From the NCBI GenBank assembly GCA_943787795.1, contig CALSNU010000001.1, positions 480,001 through 544,000 on the forward strand: a DNA stretch of 64,000 nt, written 5' to 3'. The stretch is from an uncultured bacterium (lineage in GTDB: Bacteria; Planctomycetota; UBA1135; GCA-002686595). This document shows, piece after piece, positions 29,199 to 38,501 of this stretch. The position numbers and the translations under genes are program-made. Positions within the stretch are counted from its first letter, which is position 1; every line of letters starts with the position of its first letter. Below the pieces are notes generated by a model. The model searched no databases. It worked only from the letters and a program-made list of their open reading frames with translations, and had not been told where the DNA came from.

Positions 29199-31199
29199 AT
29201 GAACGAGCTGATCCACGAGAACGAAGCTGGCGAGCGCGTCGTGCGCCTCACGCCGGGCAAGCGGGTGCTCTTCCTGACCAAGGACCTCGAGCTCATCCGC
29301 AGGCAGCTGCGCGGCGAGGTCGACCTGTCCATGGCGGACGTGGACCCTGCGGATCTGCTCGACGACATCAACACGGACACCATGACCCCCGCGTGGGTCT
29401 GCTTCCGCCACCGGCCCGAGGACATCGCGCTCGACGCCTACGCTGGCCTGCTCGACGAGAGCGGCGAGCGGGTCTTCGGGACGCGGGCGCTGATGGACGG
29501 CGGGTTCGAGGTCATCGTGAGCGGCAAGCGCAAGGGCACCGGGTCCTCCAGGGAGACCGCGCCCCAATGCGAGAAGTGGTCCGGCATCGGGCTGGTGATC
29601 GCGCACTCGTTCGCGCCCATCCACGAGCGCAACAACCTCAACCTCGGCCAGCTGATGGGGGGGTACGACATCATCGAGCGCCTCCAGGCGGGCGAGGATG
29701 TGCCGCTGGAGAACCTCACGGGCGAGTACGACCCGATCACCCGCGTCATGCTGGAGTCCGGCGGGCTCTTCCCCTTCGCGAAGATGTACGCCGCCGGCGA
29801 GGTCGCCGTCCCGGTGCCCACGACCGCCGCTCGGCCCATGACGATGGGGGAGAAGATCCTCGCCTCGAAGGTCGTCGGCGCCGAGGGCGCAGTCTCTCTG
29901 CAGCCGGGGGACGTCTGCCTCGTCAAGGTGGACGGCGGCTACAGCCACGAGTTCACCACGGCCCAGGTGCACCACTTCCTGGGGCAGGAGTACGGGGACG
30001 ACTACGAGGTCCAGAACCCGACCAAGTTCGCCATCTTCGAGGACCACCTGCTCTACGCCACCGGCGTGGAGCGGATGAAGCCGTTCACCGCCGACATCGA
30101 GACCCTCCGGCGCCTACAGAACGAATTCCAGAGCCACACGGGCGTGCGTGACTACTCGGCCGAGGACGGCGTCTCGCCGGGCATCTGCCACCAGGTCGCG
30201 CGGGAGGAGTTCGTGGACCCCGGTGACTTCATCCAAGCCACCGACAGCCACACCTGCATGGGCGGGGGCAGCAACGCGCTCACCTACGGCGTGGGGGCGA
30301 CGGAGTACGCGGGGCTGATCTCGGCGGGCTTCACCTTCGTGAAGGTCCCCGAGTCCATCCGCTTCGAGCTCGTCGGCGAGCTGGACCCGGGGTGCACGGC
30401 GAAGGACGTGATGCTCCACATCCTGGACACCTACGCCAAGCGCGAGGACACCCTCGACCGGGTCATGGAGTTCGGCGGCCCTGGGCTCACGACCCTCTCG
30501 CCCGACGAGCGGGCCACGCTCTGCAACATGGCCACCGAGTGCTCCGCCAAGTCCGGCGTCTGCGAGGGCGATGAGGCCCTGGCCCTGTGGCTGTCGCCCC
30601 GCCGGGGCGGCCGGTCCCCGGAGGCCATCGCGGCCGACTTCGTCGCACCGGACCCCGGCGCCGAGTACGCGGGCGGCGTCCACACGGTCGACCTCTCCGC
30701 GCTCAAGCCCATGGTGGCCGAGCCCGGGGACCCCACCTACGGCAAGGACATCGCGGACCTGGGCGACGTCAAGATCGACATCGCCTACGCCGGCTCCTGC
30801 ACCGCGGGCAAGGCCGACGACTTCGAGTTCTACGCTGCGGTCCTCAAGGACGCGCTGGACGCGGGCCGCAAGGTCGCCGACGGGGTGACCATGGTCGTGC
30901 AGTACGGGTCGACCGCTGTCCGGGACTACGCCCGCGACCGCGGCTTCGACGCGATCTTCCGCGAGGCCGGGGTGGAGGTCATCTCCCCGGGTTGCGGCGC
31001 CTGCATCGGCTGCGGGCCGGGCGTCTCGGACCACGCCGAGCAGGTCTCGGTCAGCGCCATCAACCGGAACTTCCGGGGCCGCAGCGGCCCGGGTCAGCTC
31101 TATCTCGCGTCTCCCCTCACGGTCGCCGCCAGCGCGATCGAGGGACGCATCATCGCTTACACCCCGGGGATGTTCCGATCCCCGGTCCCGACCGCCTGA
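29199..31199 (+). CDS. Aconitase-family dehydratase: N-terminal swivel (LeuD-like) fused to a LeuC-like domain
   Basis: DDINTD, GTGSSRETA and SFAPIHERN (swivel). Then EKIL, DH, GICHQ, DSHT, GSCT, PGCGACIG and NRNFRGRSG (4Fe-4S large domain). Confidence 0.9.
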   Translation: MNELIHENEAGERVVRLTPGKRVLFLTKDLELIRRQLRGEVDLSMADVDPADLLDDINTDTMTPAWVCFRHRPEDIALDAYAGLLDESGERVFGTRALMDGGFEVIVSGKRKGTGSSRETAPQCEKWSGIGLVIAHSFAPIHERNNLNLGQLMGGYDIIERLQAGEDVPLENLTGEYDPITRVMLESGGLFPFAKMYAAGEVAVPVPTTAARPMTMGEKILASKVVGAEGAVSLQPGDVCLVKVDGGYSHEFTTAQVHHFLGQEYGDDYEVQNPTKFAIFEDHLLYATGVERMKPFTADIETLRRLQNEFQSHTGVRDYSAEDGVSPGICHQVAREEFVDPGDFIQATDSHTCMGGGSNALTYGVGATEYAGLISAGFTFVKVPESIRFELVGELDPGCTAKDVMLHILDTYAKREDTLDRVMEFGGPGLTTLSPDERATLCNMATECSAKSGVCEGDEALALWLSPRRGGRSPEAIAADFVAPDPGAEYAGGVHTVDLSALKPMVAEPGDPTYGKDIADLGDVKIDIAYAGSCTAGKADDFEFYAAVLKDALDAGRKVADGVTMVVQYGSTAVRDYARDRGFDAIFREAGVEVISPGCGACIGCGPGVSDHAEQVSVSAINRNFRGRSGPGQLYLASPLTVAASAIEGRIIAYTPGMFRSPVPTA

Positions 31200-31249
31200 G
31201 CGGTCTCACCTGATTGGTCGCCCGCGCGCGGGCCCACCCCCAAGGTTCC

Positions 31250-32332
31250 ATGAGCCAATACGACATCACGATCATCGGCGGCGACGGCATCGGCCCCGAG
31301 GTCACCAAGGAGGCCTTCAAGGTCGCCGACACCGCGGCCGACGTCTTCGGCTTCTCCCTGAAGAAGAACGAGCTGCCCATCGGCAGCGACTACTTCCTTC
31401 AGCACGGCGAGGCCTTCCCCGACGCCATGTTCGAGGAGGCCAAGCAGTCCGGCGCCATCTACCTCGGCGCCATCGGCGATCCCCGCTGTGAGCCCGGCAA
31501 GGTCGAGTACGGCGTCATCGCGCGCTGCCGCTTCGACCTCGATCTGTACGTGAACCTGCGCCCGGTCAAGCTCCTCCAGGAGAGCCTCTGCCCGCTGAAG
31601 GGCAAGGGGCCGGATGACGTGGACATGCTCATCGTCCGCGAGAACACCGAGGACGCCTACACCGGCATGCACGGCTTCGCCCACAAGGGCCAGCCCCTCG
31701 AGGTCGCGACCCAGACCATGGTGTACACGCGTGAGGGCGTCGAGCGGGCGATCCGCTACGCCTTCCACCTCGCCGAGACCCGGGAACGCCCGGCGGGCCG
31801 GGAGGCCCAGGTGACCCTCATCGATAAGGCCAACGCCATCCGCGCCCACGACCTGTGGCAGCGGACCTTCGCCGAGGTTGCCAAGGAGCACCCCGGCATC
31901 AAGACGGACCACGCCTACATCGACGCGGCGTGCATGTGGATGGTCAAGAACCCCGAGTGGTTCGACGTGGCGGTCACCCCGAACCTGTTCGGCGACATCA
32001 TCACGGACCTCGGGGCGATGATCCAGGGCGGCATGGGCATGGCCGCCAGCGGCAACATCCACCCCGGCCGCGTGAGCCTCTTCGAGCCGATCCACGGCTC
32101 GGCGCCCAAGCACGCCGGCAAGAACGTGGCGAGCCCCCTGGCCGCGATCATGGCGGCGGGGATGATGCTCGACTACCTCGGTGAGAAGACCGCCGCGACG
32201 GCGATTGATCGCTCCATCGCCGACCTCTTCGCCGACGGACGCCTCCAGGGCGCAGGGACCGGTATGCACCCCACCAACGAGGTGGGGGACCTGGTCGCCG
32301 CCGAACTGAAGAAGGTGGCTGCCAGCGTCTGA
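31250..32332 (+). CDS. leuB: 3-isopropylmalate dehydrogenase-like beta-decarboxylating dehydrogenase
   Basis: [38 protein letters not shown] and FEPIHGSAP. Substrate not proven. Confidence 0.8.
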   Translation: MSQYDITIIGGDGIGPEVTKEAFKVADTAADVFGFSLKKNELPIGSDYFLQHGEAFPDAMFEEAKQSGAIYLGAIGDPRCEPGKVEYGVIARCRFDLDLYVNLRPVKLLQESLCPLKGKGPDDVDMLIVRENTEDAYTGMHGFAHKGQPLEVATQTMVYTREGVERAIRYAFHLAETRERPAGREAQVTLIDKANAIRAHDLWQRTFAEVAKEHPGIKTDHAYIDAACMWMVKNPEWFDVAVTPNLFGDIITDLGAMIQGGMGMAASGNIHPGRVSLFEPIHGSAPKHAGKNVASPLAAIMAAGMMLDYLGEKTAATAIDRSIADLFADGRLQGAGTGMHPTNEVGDLVAAELKKVAASV

Positions 32333-32382
32333 CCGGGCGACCCCACAACCCGTCTGGGCGGTCATGGATCGGCCCAGCAAAT

Positions 32383-32419
32383 GAGCGGCCGCATGGATCG
32401 AGGATCCAGGCGGCCGCTC
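32383..32419. terminator. Imperfect stem-loop between convergent genes
   Basis: gagcggccgc-a-tggatc-gag-gatcca-g-gcggccgctc. Confidence 0.5.
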
Positions 32420-32472
32420 TGCTTGGCAGGGTTCTTCTCTCTTGAAGAGGCCCTTGGTGCCCCCGAGGGGGC

Positions 32473-32934
32473 CTACGGCTCGCGTCGTGCTCGGAATACC
32501 TCCGTGCGGGCCTGGAGGGCCAGCCCGTGGATGGCAGCGGTCGAGGTCGCGTCCTCGAGCCAGTCGTCCTCGTGGGCGGTGTCGGATTCGCCGGCTTGTC
32601 CGTCCACGTGGAGGATGATGGAGTCGAGGTGCCAGGCGGCGAACTCCAGGATGCCCGCGGCCTTCGCGAGGTCAGTCTCCGCCTTGGCGCTCTCGAAGGT
32701 CAGCTGGGCGCTGGCGGCGGCATGGACGGCACTCTCCTTGTAGAGCGTGTGCTTCCACGACTCCGAAGGGAGCTGTTCAAGCTGTCCTTGGAGGGCGGTG
32801 AGGGCCGCTGCAGCAGGGGCGTAGTCCACCGTGGATCCGGACCCGGAGGTGGCGGAGGACGTGCCGGTGACGTTCGTCAAGCCCACTGCAAGGGCGAGAG
32901 CCCCGGCGACGATGATCTTGGTTTGATTCTTCAT
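32473..32934 (-). CDS. Hypothetical secreted protein with a helical-bundle domain
   Basis: Sec signal (MKNQTKIIVAGALALAVGL), Ser/Gly linker and an all-helical domain. Starts 5 nt after the upstream stop. Confidence 0.75.
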   Translation of the reverse strand: MKNQTKIIVAGALALAVGLTNVTGTSSATSGSGSTVDYAPAAAALTALQGQLEQLPSESWKHTLYKESAVHAAASAQLTFESAKAETDLAKAAGILEFAAWHLDSIILHVDGQAGESDTAHEDDWLEDATSTAAIHGLALQARTEVFRARREP

Positions 32935-32939
32935 TCGGA

Positions 32940-35900
32940 TCAGAGCTCGAGGCTGTCAATGAGCAGGTTGATGTCGTTCAGCGTGGCCGCCACGGCAGAG
33001 GACATCTCGGCCTGGGCGTTCGGGTCGTTCACGTGACCCGGGGTGTTGAGGTATTGGTAGATCCGGCCATACAGCGCGGCGCTCTCTCCGAGCAGGTTCT
33101 TGGCCACGGCGGTGTCGACCTCCGGTTCAGCGAGGGCGGCCAGCCGGCCGGCAGACTGGGCCGCCACGACGAGTGCGCCCTGGACGTAAGAGCCGAGGGT
33201 GAACACCGAGGAGTCGACCTCAGACAGCACCTTGACCACCTCGAGCGACTGGCTCTTCAGCGGCGAGAGGATGTAGTAGTCCCCAAGGTCGGTCATCGGT
33301 CCCGTGAGGGTGAAGGGCTCGGTCTCCTGCGGCTCGAAGGCCTCGCTGAATACTGGCTCGAACGGAACGCCCAGGATCCAGTAGCTGTTGACGAAGAAGC
33401 TGAACCGGAGCTTGAGCGGCTCATCGGCCGGTGCGCGGAGCTGGAGGTCACCGCTGCTATCGGTGCGCCCCCAGTCCATGACCTTATCGTCGGAGATCCG
33501 CACCAGCTGCACGAATGCGTTGGCCATAGGCGACGCATACCCACCTGCTGATTCGACGGAGGTCAGCGCGCGGAATTCCACGATGGGCGCCTGGCCGAGC
33601 TGGAAGTCACCCAGCGCCACGTCTTCGCCCAGGCCAAACGTCTGCTCCTCGTCGAACCGCTTGCGGAACCAGCCCTGATTCCAGAAGCGGGTCCAGAAGA
33701 TGAGCCTCGTTCGGGCAGCGAGCTTGGTGAAGAACTCACCCGATGCGTTGGCGCGCCCCCAGCCGATGTGCCATCTGGGCGTTCGATCCATCCGCCGGGC
33801 GCGGAAGGCGACCGTTCGGTCATCGATGGCCTCGCCGAATGCGTCGACCACGCGCCCTCTACCGTAGGCCGCGCCACTGATCTCGATGTCTCCAACGGAG
33901 TTCGTGCCGGACCCGGCGGGCGTGCCGAGCTCCTGGTTCCGGAGCACATCCGCCAGGTAGGGCTGCGACCGGCGGGGGCGGACCACGAAGGAGGTGGTGA
34001 ACCCGTACTCCGAGTCGTGCTTGATCCCCAGGGCGTGGAACTCCCCGTTGGCGTTGGTCACGCTGTCACCGAGGTAGCGGCGACCACCGTGGGTGGTGAC
34101 GCGGATCCCGGCCAAGGGCCCCGTCGTGCCATCCGGCCGGGGCCCGGTCACGCGACCGCTCGCGATGGTGCCGAGCTGGGTGAAGACCTCGATCGGCTCA
34201 AGGGGGCCGCCGGATTCACGGGTACGTTCAGACTCGATCGTGGTGTGAGCCCGGAAGTGGTCGGGGATGATCGGGTTCGGATTGGAGGGCGAGACGCGCG
34301 GCGGGTAGTTCCGGAGGCTATAGACCGGACGCAGCAGGGTCTTGACCCAGCCATCGCTGTCCGAGGACCGACGAGGCCAGCCGCCGACGACCCGGACGCC
34401 CGGGACGCCGTCCCCGGTCTCCTTGCTGACGACCTGTACCTCGGCTTGGTAGCCCCGTGTGAGGAAGACCGGGCCGCGGCTGTGGATGCCGTCGGCGGGC
34501 AGCATGTTGTGCCAGTGCCAGGAGGGGAGGAACGTCGAGTCCCGGTCCAGGGGCAGGACGAGCAGGTGGTAGCGATCACCCGTCGGAACCGTGTAGGTCC
34601 CGGTCTCGGTGATGGTGCGCTGCCAGCCCATCTGGCTCCGGGTGAGGACCCGCATCGGCTCTGTGACCAGCTCCCCATCCAGCCCGCGGATCTCTCCGCT
34701 GGCAGTCGTCCTGCCGGACAAGGTGACCGAGAGGCTCGTCGTGTCCGAGGCCCCGTTCAGGCGGAGCACCTTGCGCTCGAGCGTCGAGCCGTGGGAGCGG
34801 TCCCAGACGCGGATCTTGTTGATGCCCGTGGGGGCGACCTGGACGGTCACGTTGCCGAGGTGGTCGGTCCGCCGGCCACCGAGCCAGGTCCCGTCGCCCG
34901 TCCGAGCGCGGACCTCGACGTTCGGGAGCGTCGCGCCGGTGGTGTCAGTGACGGTGACCTCCACGCTCCGCCCGCGATCAAGGGTGACCTCCTGCACTCC
35001 GGCAGCGCTGCCGGTGAGGTTCCAGAGGCTTCTCCCGATGAAGGCCTGGTCCACCGGACGGATCACCAGGTGGTAGGAGGACGGGACGGTCGCCGCCAGT
35101 TCCCCGGATTGGGTATAGCCGAGGAACATCCACGTGCGTGTGGCCATCGCGTACGACCAGACCTTTGCCCGCAGCGGGTTGCCGTCAGCATCCTCGGTGC
35201 GTACCTCCAGCGGGACGCCGTCGAGGAGGGTGAGGTCTCGAAGCTGCGAGCTCGAAGCACCTCGCCTCCAGACTCGGCCCGGGACGCGCTCCTTGCTCGG
35301 GTCGTAGGCCCGGACGTTGGTGTACCGGTCGCCGGCGAGGATGCCGTAGGAGCCGGATGCGTCGGTCTGCTTCAGCCCGTTCCAGTGCCACCCGTTCGAG
35401 TAGGACCAGGCGCTGACGGTCATCCCCTGGAGGGGCTGGAGGCTGGACGAGAAGACCTTGCCAGCGGTCGGGGTGCCGGTGTCCAGGGTGAACAGCTGCG
35501 AGGTCCCCCCCGTGGACAGGCGGCGCCGGAAGCGCCAGGAGGGGAGGTAGCCTTGGCTGGAGGCGTCCGCGACCAGGTGGGCATACCTCGGCGCGACGAG
35601 CGTCGCGGAACCATCAGCTCCCGTGACCGCCACGTCGATCACACCAATCCCGTTCAGCCGGTGAGCGCCCGCGGTGTAAGCGGCGACCTCGGCGCCCTCG
35701 ACCGGGTTGCCCTGGCGGTCTTGAACGGTGAAGGAGACGGGTGCACCGCGCCTCAGCAGGAATGTCTCGGCCTGGCTGATCTGCAGGTCCTGATCGAAGA
35801 GCCACCGGCCAGCCAGGTCGCTCCCGGCGGGCGGCTTGGCGAAGAGATGGACCGACGCGGGTAGGTCGTCGATCTGGAAGAAGCCAGCCGCGTCCACCTC

Positions 35901-36074
35901 AACCAGCTCGATGAGGTCCAGGGAAGTGGTGTCGAAGGCCGCAACGGACGCACCGATCACGGGCGCGTTCTGCGTGGTGGTCACCGCCCCGGAGGCGGTC
36001 CATGTGGACTGCGAGGGAACGGGGGTTGGCGACAGCCCGGTTGCGAGGCTGATCAGAAGGGCAGTGTGGATCAT
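32940..36074 (-). CDS. Large secreted protein with tandem carboxypeptidase-regulatory-like beta-sandwich repeats and a C-terminal helical domain
   Basis: Signal peptide from ATG 36074 (MIHTALLISLATG). Repeated GxV...GxP(V/L)xGxxV...TDxxGx(F/Y) units. No catalytic motif recognised. Confidence 0.8.
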   Translation of the reverse strand: MIHTALLISLATGLSPTPVPSQSTWTASGAVTTTQNAPVIGASVAAFDTTSLDLIELVEVDAAGFFQIDDLPASVHLFAKPPAGSDLAGRWLFDQDLQISQAETFLLRRGAPVSFTVQDRQGNPVEGAEVAAYTAGAHRLNGIGVIDVAVTGADGSATLVAPRYAHLVADASSQGYLPSWRFRRRLSTGGTSQLFTLDTGTPTAGKVFSSSLQPLQGMTVSAWSYSNGWHWNGLKQTDASGSYGILAGDRYTNVRAYDPSKERVPGRVWRRGASSSQLRDLTLLDGVPLEVRTEDADGNPLRAKVWSYAMATRTWMFLGYTQSGELAATVPSSYHLVIRPVDQAFIGRSLWNLTGSAAGVQEVTLDRGRSVEVTVTDTTGATLPNVEVRARTGDGTWLGGRRTDHLGNVTVQVAPTGINKIRVWDRSHGSTLERKVLRLNGASDTTSLSVTLSGRTTASGEIRGLDGELVTEPMRVLTRSQMGWQRTITETGTYTVPTGDRYHLLVLPLDRDSTFLPSWHWHNMLPADGIHSRGPVFLTRGYQAEVQVVSKETGDGVPGVRVVGGWPRRSSDSDGWVKTLLRPVYSLRNYPPRVSPSNPNPIIPDHFRAHTTIESERTRESGGPLEPIEVFTQLGTIASGRVTGPRPDGTTGPLAGIRVTTHGGRRYLGDSVTNANGEFHALGIKHDSEYGFTTSFVVRPRRSQPYLADVLRNQELGTPAGSGTNSVGDIEISGAAYGRGRVVDAFGEAIDDRTVAFRARRMDRTPRWHIGWGRANASGEFFTKLAARTRLIFWTRFWNQGWFRKRFDEEQTFGLGEDVALGDFQLGQAPIVEFRALTSVESAGGYASPMANAFVQLVRISDDKVMDWGRTDSSGDLQLRAPADEPLKLRFSFFVNSYWILGVPFEPVFSEAFEPQETEPFTLTGPMTDLGDYYILSPLKSQSLEVVKVLSEVDSSVFTLGSYVQGALVVAAQSAGRLAALAEPEVDTAVAKNLLGESAALYGRIYQYLNTPGHVNDPNAQAEMSSAVAATLNDINLLIDSLEL

Positions 36075-36232
36075 TGCTGCTCGGGAAGTGAGCGGAGGGA
36101 AAGTGGAAACGGGTGAATCGATCGGTCGCGGCCGCGGCGCGGCCACGGTGGCCATATCCCCTTGCGGCGGGGACGTGGACGCCGATCAGCGGTCGGGAGT
36201 AGCCCGCTCTGGTGAGCGGGAGCGGGCGGTCC

Positions 36233-36787
36233 TCAGCGGTCCTTCGCCGCCTCGTTGAAGGCGCGAAGCATCTGGAGTGAGCCCTGGGCGCGGATCAGCT
36301 CCATCTCGAGCTGGGCGTCGTCGAAACTCCCCTGCTCTAGGTGGCGCTCAAGTTCCTCGATGAGCTCGGCGTCCGCGGGGGACCGCTCGTCGGGGACTTC
36401 GGCCAGTTGGGAGGCTTGCTCGAAGCGCTGCTCTCTCTTGCGCACCTCTTTGAGGGCCTCCTTCGAGAGCTCGGAGAGCTCAACGAACTCCGCGGAGGAT
36501 GACGGTCTCCCCACCGAGCGGTTCTGGCTGCCATCGACGGCATCGAGGGTCTCCGGCAGAGCAGGGTCGCTCGGGCGACCTCCGGGAAGCGGGGCGAGCA
36601 TGGCGGCCTGGTCCGCCCCCTCCGGCAGCTCATCGCCTTGTTGAGGGACGTTCCCCACGAGGGTCGAGATCCCGAAGAGGCTCAGGCCTCCTAGCAGTAG
36701 GACGGCTCCGCCGATCGCTAGCCGTGATGCACTCCGTGGCGATTTAGAGGTCTCGTACGGCGGCTGTTGTCTGGACTGGTCTTTCAT
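36233..36787 (-). CDS. Hypothetical single-TM protein with a helical C-terminus
   Basis: ATG 36787, TM segment LAIGGAVLLLGGLSLFGISTLV, Pro-rich linker and charged helices. Confidence 0.65.
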   Translation of the reverse strand: MKDQSRQQPPYETSKSPRSASRLAIGGAVLLLGGLSLFGISTLVGNVPQQGDELPEGADQAAMLAPLPGGRPSDPALPETLDAVDGSQNRSVGRPSSSAEFVELSELSKEALKEVRKREQRFEQASQLAEVPDERSPADAELIEELERHLEQGSFDDAQLEMELIRAQGSLQMLRAFNEAAKDR

Positions 36788-37236
36788 GGGAGAATTACTC
36801 GGAAGGATCAGAGGTAGCAGGGGAAAATTACTGCGATTGGGCCGGCGGGATCCCATTGTGAAGGGAAGTTTACGGTCAGCTGTCGCGGCCTGAGATCCGC
36901 CCGCGCGCCAAGCGTCAGTGAATCCTGCCGGCTCGTGCGAGGTGTCCTGGCGTGGCGACGCGGCACAGCGCCGTTAGCGCCTCCACCGCACGGCGAGATC
37001 GCCAGGAAATCGAAGGTGTCCGGGGGCCCACGGGAAAACACCCTCAGCCCTAGGGGCGACCGTGTTTCAGTCTGGCGACCCAGCCCTCCGCTGCTCACCT
37101 GGGAGCCGCGGTTCGACAGTTGCGGAACCGTGGTCGTCGAGGCCAGCTAGCGCGGCCCTGGGAGGCCTTCGACCGGTTTCCCAAGGCCGCGAGTCTTCGA
37201 GTAGGGTGCGACCTCATGTACGCAAGCCCACTGCTG

Positions 37237-38478
37237 ATGGACCGTCGATCCCTGCTCGCGGCGGGCGCCTCACTCGCCGCGGCCCCCCTGGCGAGTGCCC
37301 TCGCCGCGCCTCCAATGGAGCCCGTCCGTGTCGGCGTGATCGGCATCGGGATCCGCGGCCGAAACCTGATGAACCGAAGCCTCATCGGGAAGGAGGGCGT
37401 CCTCGTCACCGCCGTGTGCGACGTGGACCTCAACCGCCGCCTCGACGCGAAGCGCCGGGTGGACGAGGTGCACGGGCTGGACTGTGTTGCGACCGACCGG
37501 CACGAGGAGGTGCTCTCCCGGGACGACGTGGATGCGGTCCTCATCGCGACGCCCGACCACTGGCACACTCACCAGATCATCGACGCCTGCGTGGCGGGCA
37601 AGGACGTCTACTGCGAGAAGCCCCTCACCCTGACGCTCCGGGAATCACAGCTCGTCATCGCGGCCGCGCGCAAGTACGGGGTCGTCTTCCAGACCGGGAG
37701 CCAGCAGCGGACGGAGTTCGGCCAGAGATTCGTGCGCGCCGCGGAGGCCGTCCGGGCGGGCCGGATCGGCAAGGTGCAGTCAGTGCACGTCGGAGTCGGC
37801 GACTCGCCGGTGTGGTGCGATCTTCCGGGTGAGGCGCCTGAGCCCGGCCTGGACTGGGACCGCTGGCTCGGCCCGGCCCCCGAACGCGCCTATAACGAGA
37901 TTCTCAGCCCCCGCGGCGTCCACGGCCACTACCCGAAGTGGCGCTCCTACCGGGAGTACGCGGGGGGTGGGCTCGCCGATATGGGGGCGCATCACTTCGA
38001 CATCGCCCAGTGGGCTCTCGGCATGGACCGCTCTGGCCCGGTCCGGGTGGTGCCCCCGTCGGATCCGACCTCAAAGCGTGGGGCGACCCTCGTCTACGCG
38101 GACGGGGTCCGCCTCGTGCACGGCGGCCCCAGCGGCGTCACCTTCATCGGGGAGGAGGGGCTGATCGCGGTGGACCGCGGCCGGATCTCCAGCGTCCCGG
38201 GCGGCGCCCTTGAGTGGGAGGGGGAGGGCGAAGAGCGCCTCCCCCGGTACGACGGGCACGTGGCCAACTGGCTCGGGTGTATCCGCGACCGGAGCACCCC
38301 GATCTGCGACGTGGAGGTCGGCGCGCGCAGCGCAGCGATCTGCCACCTCATGAACATCGCGTACTGGCACCGCAAGGAGCTCACCTGGGACCCCGGGGCC
38401 TGGCGCTTCGAGGAGGAGGGCGCCAACGCCTGGGTCGACTACTCTCGCCGATCGGGCTACGGCCTCCCGGGCTTCTGA
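37237..38478 (+). CDS. Tat-exported Gfo/Idh/MocA oxidoreductase
   Basis: Tat signal MDRRSLL, GIGIRG, ATPDHWH, YCEKP, GSQQR and DMGAHHFD. Confidence 0.92.
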   Translation: MDRRSLLAAGASLAAAPLASALAAPPMEPVRVGVIGIGIRGRNLMNRSLIGKEGVLVTAVCDVDLNRRLDAKRRVDEVHGLDCVATDRHEEVLSRDDVDAVLIATPDHWHTHQIIDACVAGKDVYCEKPLTLTLRESQLVIAAARKYGVVFQTGSQQRTEFGQRFVRAAEAVRAGRIGKVQSVHVGVGDSPVWCDLPGEAPEPGLDWDRWLGPAPERAYNEILSPRGVHGHYPKWRSYREYAGGGLADMGAHHFDIAQWALGMDRSGPVRVVPPSDPTSKRGATLVYADGVRLVHGGPSGVTFIGEEGLIAVDRGRISSVPGGALEWEGEGEERLPRYDGHVANWLGCIRDRSTPICDVEVGARSAAICHLMNIAYWHRKELTWDPGAWRFEEEGANAWVDYSRRSGYGLPGF

Positions 38479-38501
38479 GCGGCCGCCGGCCAGCGGCCGG
38501 G

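Noticed and set aside
36151..37002. Peptide AISPCGG encoded on opposite strands at 36151-36171 and 36982-37002, forming a degenerate inverted repeat around the TM gene
   Set aside because: Only 15 of 21 nt match, both lie in ORFs with no other coding support, and no recombinase is nearby. Chance is plausible in GC-rich DNA. Worth revisiting only if reads show inversion.
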